Below are positions 28,149 through 30,876 of a stretch of 30,876 nucleotides of DNA, piece after piece. The position numbers were made by a program, and so were the translations under genes. Origin of the DNA: Acidobacteriota bacterium (GTDB lineage Bacteria > Acidobacteriota > UBA6911); the NCBI GenBank assembly GCA_037441325.1, contig JBBISO010000002.1, positions 267 to 31,142 of the forward strand, written 5' to 3'. Each line of letters starts with the position of its first letter. Positions within the stretch are counted from its first letter, which is position 1. The notes under the pieces were generated by a model. The model was given only the letters and a program-made list of their open reading frames with translations. It ran no database searches and was not told where the DNA came from.

Positions 28149-28533
28149 AGTGTTCGCCGTCAGCAGAAGTGTAGGAACGCAGCTAGGCCTCGGTCCAGGA
28201 TATCCAGGGCTATTTCCAGGTCAGCGCACTCCCAAATCGCCCGTCATATGCAGCGCAAAGATAACCCTGCTATTAATAGTACTGCCAGAAAGCACCTTCC
28301 CTCAATCTGGCGGCCTAAATGGCCGTGATTGTGTCCTCGCCGATTTCGATGGGGCGCCAAGCCGAACCAAAGCGCAATTTCTGGCCCCCAAGTTGTTGCA
28401 CCGCTGGACACACTTCAATATTCCATAGGAACTGCGGCACCCGCGTAAAAATGGTAACCCCGCTGTCTGAATCACAGCGGCGGTGTTCGCTGTGCAGACC
28501 TCGGTCCGCGCCACTGCAGCCGGCACTCCGCTG

Positions 28534-28819
28534 CTACTTGGTTACTCTCTTGGCAACCATCTCTTGCGGCGGCTGTGGTCGTACAGCCGATCCGCTCGGA
28601 CTGGTCAAGCCCTCGGGAATCTTGGTTTCCGCCGTAAACTTGATCTCATTGCCGGAAACCTTGCCTTTGTATACGGTTCTTACCTCGTTCCCAAACATTT
28701 GACCGATGAGCACAAAAGAAACCTAATCACCGCTGACATTCCCCCTCGGAGATTTCCCGGGGTGGTCCTGTCTGGGTTTTGAGCACGCCGGTCATTATCG
28801 GCTTGCCTGCTTGTTCAGA
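28534..28819 (-). pseudogene. 3' remnant of a small exported beta-rich protein, with frameshift and in-frame TAG
   Basis: Hand translation: …MTGVLKTQTGPPREISEG/(+1 in G-run 28741-28745)NVSGD*VSF…YKGKVSGNEIKFT…PPQEMVAKR*. Resembles a family I recall from Acidobacteria (GKVSGDEISF…YKGKVSGDEIKF). TAG at 28723-28725. Confidence 0.65.
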
Positions 28820-29024
28820 TGCTATAAAGCGCTTGTCCATCCACCTCCGGAACACTTCCACCGCCCCATGACCCCCATGACCAGCGGTGATTGTCGAGGA
28901 ACTGTCGAACGCGTTCATCTATATTCTCAGAGGAAGGCGGATTCATCATTTCAGCCGGGCTTTTCGCCAGGCCAGCTGCAAGAAGAATCCCGGCAATAAT
29001 GAAAAACTTCACTGATTTGCTCAT
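28815..29024 (-). pseudogene. 5' remnant of an exported O-methyltransferase-like protein
   Basis: Signal peptide, then IDERVRQFLDNHR.SW...VPEVDGQALY. This resembles the N-terminus of class I SAM O-methyltransferases, but it stops before the EIGTS motif. Confidence 0.55.
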
Positions 29025-29154
29025 GACAAGAATCCTCGATTATTGATTGATCATAGATGCGGAACTTAAGTGCGGGTGTTGCCTTTTTTCGAAGGCGGCA
29101 TACGGTTAAGACAAATCCAGTGCGGAAAATTCTGCACCTCATTAAAAACAAAAC

Positions 29155-29252
29155 TGGCGGAGGTGCATGGGAATCGAACCCACCGAACCCGGCTCCCGCC
29201 GAATCCCACTGGATTTGAAGTCCAGGCCAGCCACCAGGCCAGATTCACCTCC
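29155..29252 (-). tRNA. selC: tRNA-Sec (anticodon UCA)
   Basis: GGAGGTGA…CTGGCC-TGGT-GGCTGG (6-bp D stem, 4-nt loop)…CTGGA-CT-TCA-AA-TCCAG…9-bp variable arm…GTGGG-TTCGATT-CCCAT-GCACCTCC-G-CCA. 98 nt, discriminator G, encoded CCA, anticodon at 29216-29218. Confidence 0.97.
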
Positions 29253-29458
29253 CGTGAGCCTGATTGTAACAGAAACCTGCAGGCATCCAACCGCAAATTA
29301 ACAGATTTATATCCAAAGAAGCGGTCTTTGGATCATAATGTAATTTCGTGGCGGAGCTTGAATTGCCTGCAAGTCACTGCGGGCATCTGTAGGCCGCGGA
29401 TTTTTGAAAGGCATTGAAAAGCAGCTTTCACTGATGAAGGGAGATTCCGGAGATAATC

Positions 29459-30649
29459 ATGAGCAATTATACTAAAGGTTTAAAAGGGCATCGGGACACC
29501 ATCGCGGTACATTGCGGCGAGAACCGCTGGTTGGGCAGCATCACCACGCCGATTGATATGGCCAGCACTTTTGTTTTTAGAGACGTCGCCGAGATGGTGG
29601 CTTTCGCCAACGGTCAGGTCGAGCACTATGAGTATGGCCGGTACGGCAATCCCACGCGTGAAGCCGCCGAGACAAAGCTGGCCGCACTGGAAGGCGCGGA
29701 GCGCTGCGTCCTGTTCGATTGCGGAATGAGCGCTGTGAGCGCAACCATCCTCTCCAATTGCAGCCAGGGCCAACATGTCGTTATTACCGACGATGCTTAT
29801 AAACAAACTCTGGTCTTCGTAACCCAAGTCATACCCCGATTCGGCATCAACTCAACGGTTGTCCCGATGGGCGATTACGAAGCCATGGAAAACGCCGTTA
29901 CGCCGGCGACCGTCATGATCATTTCCGAATCGCCCACCAATCCTTATCTCAACATCGCGGATGTGGATGAAGTCGTGCGGATCGCCCGCGCGCACAAGGT
30001 CCTCAGCGTCATCGACAGCACCTTCGCAACGCCTTACAACGCCCGGCCGATCGATCAGGGCATCGATATCGTCATCCACAGCACGACCAAATACCTGGCC
30101 GGCCACAATGACGTTCTTGGCGGCGCCGTTCTAGGCTCGGAAAAGATCATGGAATCGGTGTATCAGTGGCGGCGGATCACAGGCGGCGTCATCGATGCGA
30201 TGAGCTGCTACCTCTTAATCCGAGGACTCAAGACTTTCGGCGTGCGCATGGAACGGTTGAACAGCACGGCCCAGCAGGTCGCCGCCTTTCTCCAGGCGCA
30301 GCCCAAGGTCCGCCGTGTCTATTACCCGGGCCTTCCCGGCCACCGCCATTATGAGCTTGCCGGCCGGCAAATGAAAGGCTTCGGCGCCGTAGTTACTTTC
30401 GAGATTGACGGCAATCTCGAGCAGACCCTGAAATTTCTCGACGGCCTGGAATTATGCATGCTCGGCCCAAGCCTGGGAGGCCCGGAGACGCTGGTCACCC
30501 ACCCCGCGCTCAACAGCTATTACAACGTCAGCCGCGAAGAACGTTATCGCCTGGGTATCATCGACGAGCTCGTGCGCCTATCGGTAGGGCTCGAAGACCC
30601 CAGGGATATCATCAGCGATCTTGAGAGGGGTTTCGCACACATGGGTTAA
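29459..30649 (+). CDS. PLP-dependent trans-sulfuration enzyme (cystathionine gamma-synthase/gamma-lyase, MetB/MGL family)
   Basis: YGRYGNPT, FDCGMSA, ESPTNP, VIDSTFATP, PLP-lysine motif HSTTKYLAGHND, SLGGPETL, RLSVGLED. Confidence 0.93.
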   Translation: MSNYTKGLKGHRDTIAVHCGENRWLGSITTPIDMASTFVFRDVAEMVAFANGQVEHYEYGRYGNPTREAAETKLAALEGAERCVLFDCGMSAVSATILSNCSQGQHVVITDDAYKQTLVFVTQVIPRFGINSTVVPMGDYEAMENAVTPATVMIISESPTNPYLNIADVDEVVRIARAHKVLSVIDSTFATPYNARPIDQGIDIVIHSTTKYLAGHNDVLGGAVLGSEKIMESVYQWRRITGGVIDAMSCYLLIRGLKTFGVRMERLNSTAQQVAAFLQAQPKVRRVYYPGLPGHRHYELAGRQMKGFGAVVTFEIDGNLEQTLKFLDGLELCMLGPSLGGPETLVTHPALNSYYNVSREERYRLGIIDELVRLSVGLEDPRDIISDLERGFAHMG

Positions 30650-30876
30650 TCCGGCGTCGAGAAGGAGACATGGCCCGCTACAACCGGAGCCGGCATCGGC
30701 CCCCGGCGTTGGGGCAAATGCTATATGATCGTAATGGCGATTGCAGTCCCGATTCGCGCTGCCCGCTGCGAATTACAGCTGAGAAATGCCTGCCAACCAT
30801 GATAGATTGAGTTCAAAAAGAAAGAATTTCAGGAAGGATCTTACATTCAATGGCCGGGGTGTCAAAAACCCAATCC

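Noticed and set aside
28150-28428. 92-aa ORF starting right after the attC core, as a possible next cassette
   Set aside because: No recognisable family, no SD and no downstream attC found, so a cassette cannot be supported.
28842-28849. CACCTCCG match to the tRNA-Sec acceptor arm as a possible attL/attR
   Set aside because: Only 8 bp and in the wrong orientation relative to the tRNA 3' end; expected by chance.

Overview
30.9-kb bacterial window. An Acidobacteriota-like anaerobe is inferred from several lineage-typical exported proteins; this is unverified. Main discovery: the ORF track splits one gene at an in-frame TGA (2181-2183). Read through, 1815-3635 is a 606-aa protein with a predicted signal peptide and the motif GVGD-U-GSC (UxxC). 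A bacterial SECIS-like hairpin follows the UGA, and a DASS/SLC13 anion transporter gene starts 6 nt after the stop. A tRNA-Sec (selC, anticodon UCA) at 29155-29252 supports selenocysteine decoding. Other content: (1) a decaying defence-type island at 8.7-14.6 kb (radC, UvrD-like helicase/PD-(D/E)XK nuclease, ORF6N, type III Mod, DUF4258-like, type III Res) with several internal deletions and in-frame TAG codons; (2) two families of miniature inverted-repeat elements sitting on stop codons; (3) an integron-type toxin-antitoxin cassette flanked by attC-like sites next to an IS remnant; (4) metabolic and transport genes (GDSL esterase, GPH and DHA2 MFS transporters, FAD oxidoreductase, acetylene-hydratase-like Mo/W enzyme, class I fumarase, VOC protein, PNPOx-like protein, frameshifted DUF5916-type protein, trans-sulfuration PLP enzyme). 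No CRISPR array or rRNA was seen. All family assignments come from motif recognition, not database searches.
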